A DNA stretch of 64,000 nt from Candidatus Latescibacterota bacterium (GCA_965215195.1 CBDCDC010000001.1:729657-793656); one strand, 5' to 3'. Positions 36,289 through 46,805 are shown, numbered from the stretch's first letter. The notes: a model not told the origin generated them from the letters alone. Numbers and translations: made by a program.

Positions 36289-36410
36289 CTGCTTAATGAT
36301 AATCATTCACGCAGTGAATTAGAATTCAATGGGGTCAGAGGTTGCCTCTGGACGGCTCTGCGCCTTTTTCGCATTATCGTTTTCCACCCCCAACTGGAGC
36401 CTAAACCACT

Positions 36411-36785
36411 ATGTCGAACCCCTTTCTCAGCGCGGCCGCGAGCCGCCAGAACCGCCTAGACGAATCGTGGGGCCACCTAACTTGGTTGGCGGGCCGTTCG
36501 CAGGGCAATGTCGAGGGCCTCACCTTGGGCCGCGTCGTCCTCAAAGCCGGCCACGCCAACCCGCGCCACGCCCACCCCAATTGCGAAGAAGTGCTCTATG
36601 TGCTCGCTGGTCGCGTAGAGCATAGCTTGGGCGATCAGTCTTTCACGCTGGAAGCTGGCGATACCCTCGCCATCCCAGCCGGCGTCTTCCACAATGGAAT
36701 TAGCCTCGGCCCCGAAGACGCGGATGTGATCGTGGCCTACTCGGAAGGCGATCGCCAATTCGTCTTGGAAGAAGACTGCTCGTGA
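36411..36785 (+). CDS. cupin-domain protein
   Basis: HAHPNCEEVLYVLAGRVEH and IPAGVFHN are cupin motifs 1 and 2. Confidence 0.7.
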   Translation: MSNPFLSAAASRQNRLDESWGHLTWLAGRSQGNVEGLTLGRVVLKAGHANPRHAHPNCEEVLYVLAGRVEHSLGDQSFTLEAGDTLAIPAGVFHNGISLGPEDADVIVAYSEGDRQFVLEEDCS

Positions 36786-36846
36786 CCGGCAGCGGCTACA
36801 ACATGCTGACCCAAATACATCTGGACAAAGCCCAACTGCGCCTGCG

Positions 36847-37575
36847 ATGGACGCCTACACTCAAGCCGACCTACAGCGCCATTTAGAAGCCTTGGGCGTC
36901 GCAGCGGGGGATATGCTCTTTGTCCATTCCTCGTTCAAAAGTCTGGGGCCTGTCGCCGGAGGAGCGCAGGCTGTGGTTGATGCTCTCCAAGCTGCGGTCG
37001 GTCCCGACGGCCTCATCCTAATGCCTTCGTTTCATCTGATAGAGCGGAGTGAACGAGCGCGCCGTTGGGACTGGGCTACTACTCCTTCGACCGTGGGCTG
37101 GCTGAGCGAATTCTTTCGCCGCCTACCCGACACCTACCGTTCCGACCACTACTCCCACTCGGTGGCGGCCCGAGGGCGAGGGGCGGCGGATTTCGTCGCG
37201 GATCACCGACGCCAGGAAGGCCATACTTCGTCGTGGGATCTGGCTCCTTGGGGACGGACTTACGGCACCCACTCTCCCATGTTCCGCGCCTATCGACGCG
37301 GCGGCAAAATCCTCATGCTGGGCGTTGATTACCGCACTTCCACTTACATCCATCTGGTCGAAGTGCTCTACTGGCATCGCTTGCGCCGCGCCGATCCCGA
37401 GGCCGCTTATCCCGCCTTGGACCGCCCGCTCCTGGGAGCGTATTGGGACGCTACTGGTCCACTGGCACGGGGCCTCGTCGGCGCGTCCCCGTGCCGGCTT
37501 TTTGCCATAGATACTTATGTCGATACCCTGCTGGCCGCGGTCGTGGCAACTCCCGAGCGCTACCGGCCTGACTAA
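36847..37575 (+). CDS. AAC(3)-family aminoglycoside N-acetyltransferase-like protein
   Basis: LEALGVAAGDMLFVHSSFKSLGPVAGGAQAVVDALQAAVGPDGLILMPSF matches the Antibiotic_NAT N-terminal pattern. Confidence 0.7.
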   Translation: MDAYTQADLQRHLEALGVAAGDMLFVHSSFKSLGPVAGGAQAVVDALQAAVGPDGLILMPSFHLIERSERARRWDWATTPSTVGWLSEFFRRLPDTYRSDHYSHSVAARGRGAADFVADHRRQEGHTSSWDLAPWGRTYGTHSPMFRAYRRGGKILMLGVDYRTSTYIHLVEVLYWHRLRRADPEAAYPALDRPLLGAYWDATGPLARGLVGASPCRLFAIDTYVDTLLAAVVATPERYRPD

Positions 37576-37664
37576 CCGCCATCCTCTAGCGGTGAAGGCG
37601 TAGATTCGCCTTTTTAGAGCAAACCGTGCGGCCGTTGCCGGCTCGGCCTCGCCTCTGCAAACGC

Positions 37665-38462
37665 TCACATCCGCATCCGCAGCATCGGCCGGCCAAAAGA
37701 CACTTCGAGAAATGCTCCGGTGTGCGCCGAGCGCGTGCCCGGGGGCATGAAGTGGATGACAAAGGCGCGGCGCTGGCGATCGGTTTGGTTGGGCGGGGTG
37801 TAGTGTAGGGTTTGGCAGTGGTGGAAGAGCGCACCGCCCGCAGGCAAATCAACGATGGCGGCCTGCGCCTGATCCACGTGGTCGCCGTAGTTGAGCAAGG
37901 CACTGGTCTGCGCGGAGCGGTCGTGCCCGACGGGCGTCAAGTGCGAGCCGGGCAGCAGGTGCATGGCGCCGTTTTCCGCGGTTACATCGTCGAGCGTCAT
38001 CCAGCAGCTAACCAAGTTGGCCGGCATACATTTCCAGTAGGCGTTGTCTTGGTGCCAAAAGACGGGGCCGCCGTGGCGGGCGGGTTTGTATAGGGCTTGG
38101 TCGTGGAAGAGCTGGATATTAGGGCCGATGAGGTCTTCGGCAATGTCGAGGATGCGGGGGTCGTAGAGTAGTTGCCGGAAGTGGATGCTGCGCTCGCACA
38201 TTTGCATGATCTGCAACATCTGCTCGGCGGCACTGTTCTTTTCGTCGAGATCGTCGGTGTCGCTGATGGACAGGTTGCGGAAGCGCCCGTTCTGGCGCGC
38301 CGCGGCAAAGAGGCGATCGTATTCATCGCCCAGCAAGGCGACGAGGTCGTCGTTGAGCAACTTGCCGACAGCGATGAAGCCGCGCCGGCGGAATTGGTCA
38401 ATTTGCTCTTGGTCCAGTGCTTTGTGGGGCGGGGTAACGGACGGGGCTGTGGTCATCTGCAT
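37665..38462 (-). CDS. phytanoyl-CoA dioxygenase (PhyH) family Fe(II)/2OG oxygenase
   Basis: FWHQDNAYW (HxD), MHLLPGSH, and LFHHCQTLHYTPPNQTDRQRRAF. Confidence 0.7.
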   Translation of the reverse strand: MQMTTAPSVTPPHKALDQEQIDQFRRRGFIAVGKLLNDDLVALLGDEYDRLFAAARQNGRFRNLSISDTDDLDEKNSAAEQMLQIMQMCERSIHFRQLLYDPRILDIAEDLIGPNIQLFHDQALYKPARHGGPVFWHQDNAYWKCMPANLVSCWMTLDDVTAENGAMHLLPGSHLTPVGHDRSAQTSALLNYGDHVDQAQAAIVDLPAGGALFHHCQTLHYTPPNQTDRQRRAFVIHFMPPGTRSAHTGAFLEVSFGRPMLRMRM

Positions 38463-38537
38463 TCTCCTAAGTGAGGTGTGCAAAGTAACGAGGGCGGCGA
38501 CGAAATGGCGCACCATATCCCATTTGTCGGCGGAAAA

Positions 38538-39662
38538 TTAGGACCCGTCCCGACTCAACGTAAGTAGCGCGATTTCGGAAGGGGCGCCGAGCCGCAGTGG
38601 GGGACCCCAGTAGCCGGTGCCGCGGTGGATGTAAATCCAAGTGTCGCGAAATTTGTGCAGGCCCGCGACGTAGGGCTGTTGGAGGGAAACTACGTACTTC
38701 CACGGCACGAACTGGCCGCCGTGGGTGTGGCCCGACAGTTGCAGGTGGCAAGCGGCTCGGCTGGCGGCCTCTATGCTGCGCGGCTGGTGCGCCAGCAAGA
38801 TGCGCACATCGGCTCCGTCGCTCGCGGCAAGGGCCTTGGCCGGGTCTGATGCGTGGTCGGGGACCAGCTCGCCGGCGCTGAAGTCGGTCGTACCGGCCAA
38901 GGCAATCCGCCCGCCGCCGCAGTCGATCTGGCGTCCCTCGTTGATCAGGACGTCGAAGCCGAGGCGGCGCGCCTGCTCGGTCCAGCGCTCCACGCCCGAG
39001 TAGTATTCGTGATTGCCGGTGCAGAAATAGACCCCGAGCGGGGCGGTGAGTTCAGCTAGGGAAGCCGTGTGAGGGGCGAGTCGTTCAACCGTCCCGTCGG
39101 CGAGGTCGCCGGTGAAGGCGATTAGGTCGGGTTGCAATTCGTTGACTCGGGCGACAACGCGCTCCACAAAAGGGGCTTTGATGGTTGAGCCGACGTGGAG
39201 ATCGCTGATCTGGACGATGCGCAGTCCGACCAGCGCGGGCGGGAGATTCGCAATGGGGACATCGACCTCGCGGACCGCTGGCGTACGGCGGGCTTGATAG
39301 TAGCCATAGCCCGCCGCGACCGCAGCTAGGGCAAAGGTCGCCAAGTCGATGCTGGCATGGAGCGATGCATCCAAGGGATAGACTAGGCCGAGGAGCAGGC
39401 CTCCTATATCGCGCAGGACCAGCAGGGTTGAGCAGATGGCGAAAAAGCCCATGCCGAGATAGGCCACCCAAGCGAGGGGATCCATCAGCCAAGCCAGATG
39501 CGGACGGGAGCGCAGGCGAAAGAGCAACAAGGGCGTCAATAGTAGGAACACCAGCGCCAGTGTGGCACCGGTCTGTACGGGCGGCGGCAGATAGGGAATG
39601 AGCCGCCAGCCCGAATAGCCGTAGATCGAGCCGAGTAGGCCCAGAAAAATCAGTGCAAACAT
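38538..39662 (-). CDS. membrane-anchored metallophosphoesterase
   Basis: N-terminal TM helices, then IVQISDLHVG, FTGDL, GNHEY and LSGHTHGGQ. Start moved to MFALIFLG. Confidence 0.75.
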   Translation of the reverse strand: MFALIFLGLLGSIYGYSGWRLIPYLPPPVQTGATLALVFLLLTPLLLFRLRSRPHLAWLMDPLAWVAYLGMGFFAICSTLLVLRDIGGLLLGLVYPLDASLHASIDLATFALAAVAAGYGYYQARRTPAVREVDVPIANLPPALVGLRIVQISDLHVGSTIKAPFVERVVARVNELQPDLIAFTGDLADGTVERLAPHTASLAELTAPLGVYFCTGNHEYYSGVERWTEQARRLGFDVLINEGRQIDCGGGRIALAGTTDFSAGELVPDHASDPAKALAASDGADVRILLAHQPRSIEAASRAACHLQLSGHTHGGQFVPWKYVVSLQQPYVAGLHKFRDTWIYIHRGTGYWGPPLRLGAPSEIALLTLSRDGS

Positions 39663-39806
39663 GCCATTCTTTGTTCGAGAGGATGCGGCTTTGTATTGTA
39701 GAGACAAGTCAAGCCCTTTACAAGTCGCGGGAGGGTCTTGTTTCCCGTCGGTTGAGTCGTTATAAAGGACTTGAAGGCAAGGCAAAAAAACAAAAGGAGA
39801 CCAATC

Positions 39807-40676
39807 GTGAAAGTAACCAAACGACAGCTCGACTTTTTCGCGGAAGAGGGGTACGTCCTTATCAAAGGAGGGCTTACCGATGGCGATCTCGCGCCGCTCA
39901 TCGAGGATCACAATATCATCGTCGATGAAATCGCCCGCGATCTATACAGCCAAGGCAAAATTGCCAACCTCTGCGAAGACGCGCCTTTTGCGCGGCGCTT
40001 GGCCTGCCTCGCAGAAGAGTGCGACGAAGTCGATGGCTGTCCCGACATAGGAGAAACCCGCGGCCGCGGCACCTTTGAGTTTTTGCGCAACCAGAACCTC
40101 GTCGATCTGATTGAGCCTTTTATCGGCCCAGAAATCACCTGCAATGCCGTGTCGCACGTCCGGCCCAAGATGCCGTCAACAGATGTAATTTTTCATCAGG
40201 ATGCCGTGTTCACCACCCAACAAGCCCAAGGTATCCTACAGGTGACCGTTTGGATTCCCCTCGTCGAGGCGACCGCAGAAAACGGCTGCTTGCAGGTCCA
40301 GCCTCGGGTCCACCAGCAGCGCATGGTCTATTGGTCGTACGGGCGAGACCTACCCCAGACCGAGCGGGTTAGCCTGCCCATGCAGAAGGGGGACGTCTTG
40401 TTCGTACACAAACTGACCCCCCACGGCTCAGGCCCGAACAACACCAACGCCGTGCGTTGGAGCATGGATCTGCGCTACCAGAAGACGGGCGAGCCTTCCC
40501 CGCGGCCGGAGTGGCCCAGTCTCGTCGCCCGCAGCCGGCGCGATCCCGCCTCGGAGACCGCCTATGAAGACTGGCGCGACCAATGGGCGGCCGCGCTCGA
40601 AAAGACGCCCCAGCAGATTCGCTACGAGCGCCCGAGCGGGCCTCTGCCCTTTACCGGCGAGATGTTTCTCAAGTAG
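39807..40676 (+). CDS. phytanoyl-CoA dioxygenase (PhyH) family oxygenase
   Basis: FFAEEGYVLIKGGL, IFHQDAVF (HxD), and LFVHKLTPHGSGPNNTNAVR. GTG start with an AGGAG RBS. Confidence 0.7.
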   Translation: MKVTKRQLDFFAEEGYVLIKGGLTDGDLAPLIEDHNIIVDEIARDLYSQGKIANLCEDAPFARRLACLAEECDEVDGCPDIGETRGRGTFEFLRNQNLVDLIEPFIGPEITCNAVSHVRPKMPSTDVIFHQDAVFTTQQAQGILQVTVWIPLVEATAENGCLQVQPRVHQQRMVYWSYGRDLPQTERVSLPMQKGDVLFVHKLTPHGSGPNNTNAVRWSMDLRYQKTGEPSPRPEWPSLVARSRRDPASETAYEDWRDQWAAALEKTPQQIRYERPSGPLPFTGEMFLK

Positions 40677-40697
40677 CGTTGAGCAAGAGAACGGCCG

Positions 40698-41657
40698 ATG
40701 CCCATTGACGCCCCTAAGTTTCCCGAGTGCTTCCTGCGCTGCGCGACCCGCGAGTTTGGCAAAGAAGGCGAGGCATGGCTCGAGGAACTGCCGTCCATTC
40801 TCAGGCGGTGCTGCGATAAGTGGGGCCTGACACTCGGCCCACCGAGCGCGGAGATCAAGGTCAACTATATCGCCTACGTCGAGATGGGCCATGGAGAACA
40901 GGCCGTGCTCAAGGTGGGCGTCCCGCACGACGATTTTAGCGCGGAGATGGAAGCGTTGGCGATCTATGAGGGCCGTGGAATCAATCGGCTCATCGACTGC
41001 GACCAAGCGCTCAACGCCATGCTGCTCGAACGACTGCGTCCCGGCAAGATGCTAGATTCTGTGGGGAACGTGCGCGAGCAAAGCGAGATTGCGGCGCACA
41101 TCCTCCAGAATTTACACGCGACCCCGACGCCGTCGAACCACGCCCTGCCGCACTTTATGGATTGGATGCGAGGTGCATTCGCGGACGCCAAAAGCTGCGA
41201 GGATTCCGAGAGAGCACGGGGCTATATCGAGCAGATTCCGCGCGTGGAGTCCATGATGGAAATTCTGCTGGAGCCGGATGAACCCCAAATGCTGCTGCAC
41301 GGCGACCTCCATCACTGGAATATTCTGTCTGACGCAGACCGCGGCTGGATGGCGATTGATCCCAAGGGCGTCATCGGGGCCTCGTGTCTGGACGTTGGTC
41401 GGTTCATCAACAACGCGATGGGATTCGGCGAGACTGCTGCGGAGAAGCGGGAGATCCTGCTCGAAGCGGTGGCGGTTTTCAGCGAGGTACTGGGGGAAAA
41501 CGAGGAGCGGATGTTTGCGGGTGCCTTCTGCGACAAGATCATGGGTTCATCGTGGGGGCTGCAACAGAAGCCCGATGAACACGAGGCGCTTAAAGTGATG
41601 GTTGAGGTGGCGAGGGACGTGGATGATCGCCGTCTGCGATGTCGAGCCGGCGCATAG
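40698..41657 (+). CDS. APH(6)-like aminoglycoside/streptomycin kinase family protein
   Basis: LLHGDLHHWNILSDADRGWMAIDPKGVIGASCLDVGRF matches the APH(6) catalytic/activation segment. Confidence 0.7.
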   Translation: MPIDAPKFPECFLRCATREFGKEGEAWLEELPSILRRCCDKWGLTLGPPSAEIKVNYIAYVEMGHGEQAVLKVGVPHDDFSAEMEALAIYEGRGINRLIDCDQALNAMLLERLRPGKMLDSVGNVREQSEIAAHILQNLHATPTPSNHALPHFMDWMRGAFADAKSCEDSERARGYIEQIPRVESMMEILLEPDEPQMLLHGDLHHWNILSDADRGWMAIDPKGVIGASCLDVGRFINNAMGFGETAAEKREILLEAVAVFSEVLGENEERMFAGAFCDKIMGSSWGLQQKPDEHEALKVMVEVARDVDDRRLRCRAGA

Positions 41658-41700
41658 ACAGCGGAATAGGAGCGCAAGAATAACGTGCGCTTGCGAGCTG

Positions 41701-42753
41701 CTAGGCGATGACGCCGCCGCCGAGGCAAACGTCACCGTCGTAGAACACGGCGTGCTGACCCGCAGCAATGCCGGGGTCGGGCGTGGCCAAGTCGACGTGG
41801 GCGCGATCTGGCGCGAGCATTTGCACCTGACAGGGGATCAGGGCCGGCCCGTGCCGCAGCTTGACGTGGAGCGCACCCTGCTCCGGTGCGCCGGCGATCC
41901 AATGGATTTGTGCGGCGATCAGCTCGCGTCGTCCGGCTCGCGCCGGTGCGCTGCCGTGGGCAATGTACACAATGTTGTTGGCGACGTCCTTGTCGGTTAC
42001 ATACCAGGGACCGCCGCCGAGTTGCAGGCCGTGCCGCTGGCCAATGGTGTAGAACCAATAGCCGGGGTGCTGGCCCTTTTTTTGCCCGCTCGCCTGCTCA
42101 ATGATGTCGCCCCGGACCTCTCCCAAGTGGAAGCGCACGAAGTCTCGGTAGTTGATCTTGCCCAAGAAGCACATGCCTTGGCTGTCGGGGCGGGCCTTGG
42201 CTGGCAGATCGAATTCTGCGGCGAGTGCGCGCACTTGGGGCTTGTGCAGGTGGCCGATGGGCAAACAGAGCCGCGCGAGCTGGGCTTGGCTCAGGTTGGA
42301 GAGGAAATAGGTCTGGTCCTTGACCGGATCGGCCGCGCACCGGAGCCGATAGCCGCCCGCGGTCTCCTCGACGCGGGCGTAGTGCCCGGAGGCAATTTGG
42401 TCGCACTCGTGGGCTATGCGCTGATAAAAGGCCCCGAACTTGACGCGCTGGTTGCACCAGATGTCCGGGCTGGGCGTACGCCCCAGGCGCAGCTCGGCCA
42501 ACGCGTACTCGACGATGCGGGTGCGGTACTCGCTTTGCAGCGGCACGACTTTGAGCGGCACCCCGAGCTGTTCGCAGGTGGCGCGGGCGTAGGTCAAATC
42601 CGTTTCCCACGGGCAGTCGCCGAGCGAGAACAGCTCGTCCTCCAGCCATATCTTGAGGTAGTAGGCTTTGAGGACGAGCCGCTTTTCGCGCTGGAGCAGG
42701 GCGAGGGCCAACGAGCTATCGACCCCACCGGAAAGCAGGACAGCGACGTTCAT
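41701..42753 (-). CDS. mnmA: tRNA-specific 2-thiouridylase
   Basis: VAVLLSGGVDSS PP-loop, CNQRVKFGAF, DQTYFL, and family-typical length. Confidence 0.9.
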   Translation of the reverse strand: MNVAVLLSGGVDSSLALALLQREKRLVLKAYYLKIWLEDELFSLGDCPWETDLTYARATCEQLGVPLKVVPLQSEYRTRIVEYALAELRLGRTPSPDIWCNQRVKFGAFYQRIAHECDQIASGHYARVEETAGGYRLRCAADPVKDQTYFLSNLSQAQLARLCLPIGHLHKPQVRALAAEFDLPAKARPDSQGMCFLGKINYRDFVRFHLGEVRGDIIEQASGQKKGQHPGYWFYTIGQRHGLQLGGGPWYVTDKDVANNIVYIAHGSAPARAGRRELIAAQIHWIAGAPEQGALHVKLRHGPALIPCQVQMLAPDRAHVDLATPDPGIAAGQHAVFYDGDVCLGGGVIA

Positions 42754-42763
42754 GGGATGCTCG

Positions 42764-44086
42764 CTAGTAGCGATAGTGCTCCGGCTTGTAGGGGCCTTCC
42801 ACTGGGATACCCAAATACGCGGCTTGGTCGTCGTCTAGTGCGTCGATTTTGACCCCTAACTTTTGCAGGTGGAGCCGCGCCACCTTCTCGTCGAGGTGCT
42901 TGGGCAGCATGTACACGCCGACTGGATATTGCTCGTGGCGGGTGTGCAGCTCAATTTGCGCCAGCACCTGATTGGTAAACGAATTGGACATGACAAAAGA
43001 GGGGTGCCCGGTGGCGCAGCCAAGGTTGACCAAGCGGCCTTCGGCCAACAGGATGATGCTGTGCCCATCGGGAAAGGTGAACTTATCGACCTGCGGCTTG
43101 ATCTCAACGCGCTCAATTCCGCGGTAGCCCACGAGTTCGGCCACTTGGATTTCGACGTCAAAGTGGCCGATGTTGCAAATGATGGCCCCGTCCTTCATCC
43201 GCTCCATCTGGTCGATGCGAATAATGTCGCGGCACCCGGTGGCCGTAACGAAGATGTCGCCCTCGGCCATGGCGTCGTCCATCTTCCCGACCTCGTAGCC
43301 TTCCATGGCCGCTTGCAACGCGCAGATGGGGTCGATCTCGGTGACGATCACCCGCGCCCCCAAGCCCCGCATGGCGGCGGCGCATCCCTTGCCCACGTCG
43401 CCGTACCCGGCCACCACCACGACCTTGCCGGCGATCATTATGTCGGTGGCGCGCTTGATGCCGTCGGCCAGCGACTCGCGGCAGCCGTAGAGGTTGTCAA
43501 ACTTTGACTTGGTGACGCTGTCGTTGACGTTGATCGCCGGCACGGCGAGCGCCCCGGCTTCGAGCATCTGGTAGAGGTGGTGGACGCCAGTGGTCGTCTC
43601 CTCGGAGATGCCGCGCAGGCCCGGCAAAAGCTCTGGGTGCTTCTCGTGGATCCACTTGGTCAGGTCGCCGCCGTCGTCAAGGATCAGGTTGGGCCCGTCG
43701 CCGCAGGGCCAGCGCAGGGTTTGCTCAGTACACCACCAGTACTCGTCCTCGGTCTCGCCCTTCCAAGCGAAGATCGGGATGCCAGTGACGGCGAGGGCGG
43801 CGGCCGCGTGGTCTTGGGTTGAGAAGATGTTGCACGAGCACCAGCGCACTTGCGCCCCGAGCGCGGTGAGCGTCTCGATGAGCACGGCGGTCTGGATCGT
43901 GGCGTGCAAGGAGCCGGCGATCCGCGCACCTGCGAGCGGTTGGGCGGCCCCGTACTCGGTGCGCAGGGCCATCAGCCCGGGCATCTCTTGCTCGGCGAGA
44001 ATGATTTCCTGCCGGCCCCATTCGGCCAGCGATAGGTCGGCGACCTTGTAGTCGAGGCCGACAGTCTTTTGTGCCGCAATCTCCAT
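42764..44086 (-). CDS. ahcY: adenosylhomocysteinase
   Basis: [27 protein letters not shown], the NAD site [14 protein letters not shown], and C-terminal KPEHYRY. Confidence 0.92.
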   Translation of the reverse strand: MEIAAQKTVGLDYKVADLSLAEWGRQEIILAEQEMPGLMALRTEYGAAQPLAGARIAGSLHATIQTAVLIETLTALGAQVRWCSCNIFSTQDHAAAALAVTGIPIFAWKGETEDEYWWCTEQTLRWPCGDGPNLILDDGGDLTKWIHEKHPELLPGLRGISEETTTGVHHLYQMLEAGALAVPAINVNDSVTKSKFDNLYGCRESLADGIKRATDIMIAGKVVVVAGYGDVGKGCAAAMRGLGARVIVTEIDPICALQAAMEGYEVGKMDDAMAEGDIFVTATGCRDIIRIDQMERMKDGAIICNIGHFDVEIQVAELVGYRGIERVEIKPQVDKFTFPDGHSIILLAEGRLVNLGCATGHPSFVMSNSFTNQVLAQIELHTRHEQYPVGVYMLPKHLDEKVARLHLQKLGVKIDALDDDQAAYLGIPVEGPYKPEHYRY

Positions 44087-44134
44087 TGATTTCTCCTTAT
44101 AGGTGGTGAACAGTTTTGTTGTGTGGCCAGTTCC

Positions 44135-45712
44135 TCACGCGGGCCCGGCCCGCTTTATGGCCGCCGAAGTCCCGTCCTCAAAGGCGGCGAAGTTGGCCTT
44201 GAACAGCTCGGCGAGTTGACCGGCGCACTCGTCGTAGGCCGCTCCATCGGCCCAAGTTTGTCGCGGCAGCATCTGCGCGCTGGGTACGCCCGGACACGCG
44301 CACACCACGTCAAAGCCAAAGCGCGGATCGCGCTCCGCGGGTGCGGCGGCGAGCGCGCCGGCGTGGATCGCGCTGATAATCGCCCGGGTGTGCTGGAGCG
44401 AAAGGCGCTTTCCCACGCCATACGGCCCGCCCGTCCAGCCCGTGTTGACCAGCCAGACTTGGGCGTTGTGGGTGCGGATCTTGTCGGCCAGCAAGGCGGC
44501 GTACTTGTGCGGATGCCAGACCATGAAAGCCGCGCCAAAGCAGGCCGAAAACGCGGCTTGTGGCTCGGTGACGCCCATCTCGGTGCCGGCGACCTTGGCC
44601 GTGTACCCGCTCATAAAGTGATACATGGCTTGGTCGGGCGTCAGGCGGCTGACCGGCGGCAGCACGCCGAAGGCATCGCAGGTGAGGAAGATGATGTCGC
44701 GGGGATGGCGACCTGTGCAGGGGATTACCGCGTTGGGGATGTAGTCGATGGGATAGGCCGCGCGGGTGTTCTCGGTGACCGCGTCGTTGGCGTAATCGAC
44801 TCGGCGGCTCTCCGCGTCGCAGACGACGTTTTCCAAGACCGTGCCAAAGCGGATGGCGCGAAAAATCTCCGGCTCTTGCTCTGGGGTCAAGTCGATGCAC
44901 TTGGCATAGCAGCCGCCCTCAATGTTGAAAATTCCCTCCGCGCTCCACACGTGCTCGTCGTCGCCGATCAGCCGCCGCTGTGGATCGGTCGAGAGCGTGG
45001 TCTTGCCCGTGCCCGACAAGCCAAAGAACAGGGCGGTGTCGCCGCTGGTTCCCGCATTGGCCGAACAGTGCATGGGCAGCAGGCCGGCTTTGGGCATGAG
45101 GAAGTTCACGACCGTGAACACGCCCTTTTTCATTTCGCCCGCGTACTCGGTTCCCAAAATCACCATTTCCCGGCGCTCGAAGCTCAGGTCGATGCTAGTT
45201 GTGGAGGTCATCTCCGAGGTGTAGCGGTTGGCCGGAAAGCGGCCGGCGTTGTAGATGGTAAAATCCGGCGTCCCGAATTGGGCCAGCTCGGCCGCGGACG
45301 GGCGGATGAGCATGTTGTGCATGAAGAGCGCGTGGTATGCGCGGGAGCAGATCACGCGGATTTTGAGCCGATATTGGGGATCCCAGCCGGCGAATCCATC
45401 GACCACGTATAGCTGCTCGCAGGTGTTGAGGTAGTCGATGGCCCGCTCTAGGTTGATCATAAAGGTGTGTTCTTGGAGCTTGATGTTGACCGCGCCCCAC
45501 CAGATGTCGGGGCTGCTGTGTGGATCGAAGACGATGCGCTTGTCGCCGGGGCTGCGCCCGGTCTTGTTGCCCGAGGAAACCACGAGTGCGCCTTGGTCGG
45601 AAATGATGGATCCGCGCTCGTGGCGCAGTGCTTCTTCGTAGAGCCTGGCCGGTGCTATGTTGCGGAGAATCGCGCCGACCGAAATTTCGCTGAGCTGGAT
45701 GATTTCGCTCAT
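44135..45712 (-). CDS. pckA: phosphoenolpyruvate carboxykinase (ATP)
   Basis: [23 protein letters not shown] (kinase-1a), IGDDEH, and NIEGGCYAK. Start at MSEIIQL. Confidence 0.92.
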   Translation of the reverse strand: MSEIIQLSEISVGAILRNIAPARLYEEALRHERGSIISDQGALVVSSGNKTGRSPGDKRIVFDPHSSPDIWWGAVNIKLQEHTFMINLERAIDYLNTCEQLYVVDGFAGWDPQYRLKIRVICSRAYHALFMHNMLIRPSAAELAQFGTPDFTIYNAGRFPANRYTSEMTSTTSIDLSFERREMVILGTEYAGEMKKGVFTVVNFLMPKAGLLPMHCSANAGTSGDTALFFGLSGTGKTTLSTDPQRRLIGDDEHVWSAEGIFNIEGGCYAKCIDLTPEQEPEIFRAIRFGTVLENVVCDAESRRVDYANDAVTENTRAAYPIDYIPNAVIPCTGRHPRDIIFLTCDAFGVLPPVSRLTPDQAMYHFMSGYTAKVAGTEMGVTEPQAAFSACFGAAFMVWHPHKYAALLADKIRTHNAQVWLVNTGWTGGPYGVGKRLSLQHTRAIISAIHAGALAAAPAERDPRFGFDVVCACPGVPSAQMLPRQTWADGAAYDECAGQLAELFKANFAAFEDGTSAAIKRAGPA

Positions 45713-45719
45713 GGTTTTC

Positions 45720-46037
45720 CGTTTCGTTGCTGCGTACATGACCTCAATAACTTGCCGTTGATGAGCGGTGAGTCTGGGGTCGAGGGCAAGATGCCCTCGA
45801 TCCGAGGGTAAGCTACGTCGTGGTCTCGCTCAGGCTCGGCACCGGACCTCAACGAGGGCAAGGTGCCCTCTTTCCGCGGGTGAGGCCCTCCTGTCGTTTC
45901 GTTTCGTTGCTGCGTACATGACCTCAATAACTTGCCGTTGATGAGCGATAAGTCCGGGATCGAGGGCGTCCCGCCCTCGCCGAGGGCAAGCTGCCCTCGA
46001 TCCTTGGCAGGCTGAGGGCTGGTGTCGTGTAGTAAGG
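45720..46037. repeat. two tandem MITE/REP-like copies, including an exact 48-bp direct repeat (45720..45767 and 45900..45947)
   Basis: CGTTTCGTTGCTGCGTACATGACCTCAATAACTTGCCGTTGATGAGCG occurs twice, 180 bp apart. Each copy is followed by CGAGGGC-N-GCCCTCG palindromes. The second copy ends with GTGTCGTGTAGTAAGG. Confidence 0.85.
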
Positions 46038-46200
46038 TATAAAGCTATCTCATGTACCTTGGCCCCGCCGGCGCCCCATTGGCCTAGTAGGCAATTAAGA
46101 CACGCGCCTGCGGATGAGCAAGCGCACCCGGCCAAGTTGACGGTCTAGCCGCCACCCCCTACCTTGCCCCCATCCCCACCATCGTTCTATCCAACCGGTC

Positions 46201-46755
46201 ATGCAATCCCTCGCCACCCCCTCCGTCCTGTACCGGGATAGCTTCCTAGCGGGCGCGGCCGAGTTCTTGGCCGAAGGCCGTTTCGACTCGACGTACGCTC
46301 TATCGCTCGGCTACGACAGCGAGGCCCTCGCCGACCAATTCCCGCAATTCGTGCGCGACCTCAAGGCCCTCGCCGATGGGGCTCACTACCCGGACCGAGT
46401 GCTGTGGCTCGTACACGACGGCGAGTACATCGGCCAAACCTCCATAAGACCCGAGCTCGGCACCCCGTATTTGCTCACCTACGGAGGGCACATTGGCTAC
46501 AGCATCCGACCCTCTCGGCGGTGCCGCGGCCACGGCAAGGCCATCCTCGCTCTGACGCTGGAGGTAGCGCGGGAAATCGGGCTGCGCCGCGTGCTGGTCA
46601 CCTGCGACTCGGACAACATTGGCTCGCGCAAGATCATCGAGCACAACGGCGGCCAATTCGAGAGCGCGATGGCCATGCCCAGCCAAGCATTCCGCGCCGA
46701 GGGCCGCGAACCGGTGCGGCGCATGGAAAAGTTGCGCTACTGGATTGACTTGTAA
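46201..46755 (+). CDS. GNAT-family N-acetyltransferase
   Basis: IGYSIRPSRRCRGHGKAIL (acetyl-CoA motif A, R-x-x-G-x-G/A) and SRKIIEHNGG. Confidence 0.7.
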   Translation: MQSLATPSVLYRDSFLAGAAEFLAEGRFDSTYALSLGYDSEALADQFPQFVRDLKALADGAHYPDRVLWLVHDGEYIGQTSIRPELGTPYLLTYGGHIGYSIRPSRRCRGHGKAILALTLEVAREIGLRRVLVTCDSDNIGSRKIIEHNGGQFESAMAMPSQAFRAEGREPVRRMEKLRYWIDL

Positions 46756-46766
46756 TTTCTCCTCGC

Positions 46767-46800
46767 GTAAAACTTTTTGTGCTCGGCCCTCGTCTTATAA
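46767..46800 (+). promoter_or_regulatory. ECF-type promoter-like motif upstream of the sigma gene
   Basis: GTAAAACTTTT-N13-CGTC-T-TATAA. The same 34-nt architecture occurs upstream of all three cassette lead genes. Caveat: it leaves only a few nt of leader before ATG 46806. Confidence 0.4.
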
Positions 46801-46805
46801 GGAAC

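Noticed and set aside
44087-44134. Possible SAH riboswitch upstream of ahcY.
   Set aside because: Only 48 nt separate the ahcY start from the pckA stop, which is too short, and I saw no conserved SAH-element pairing.
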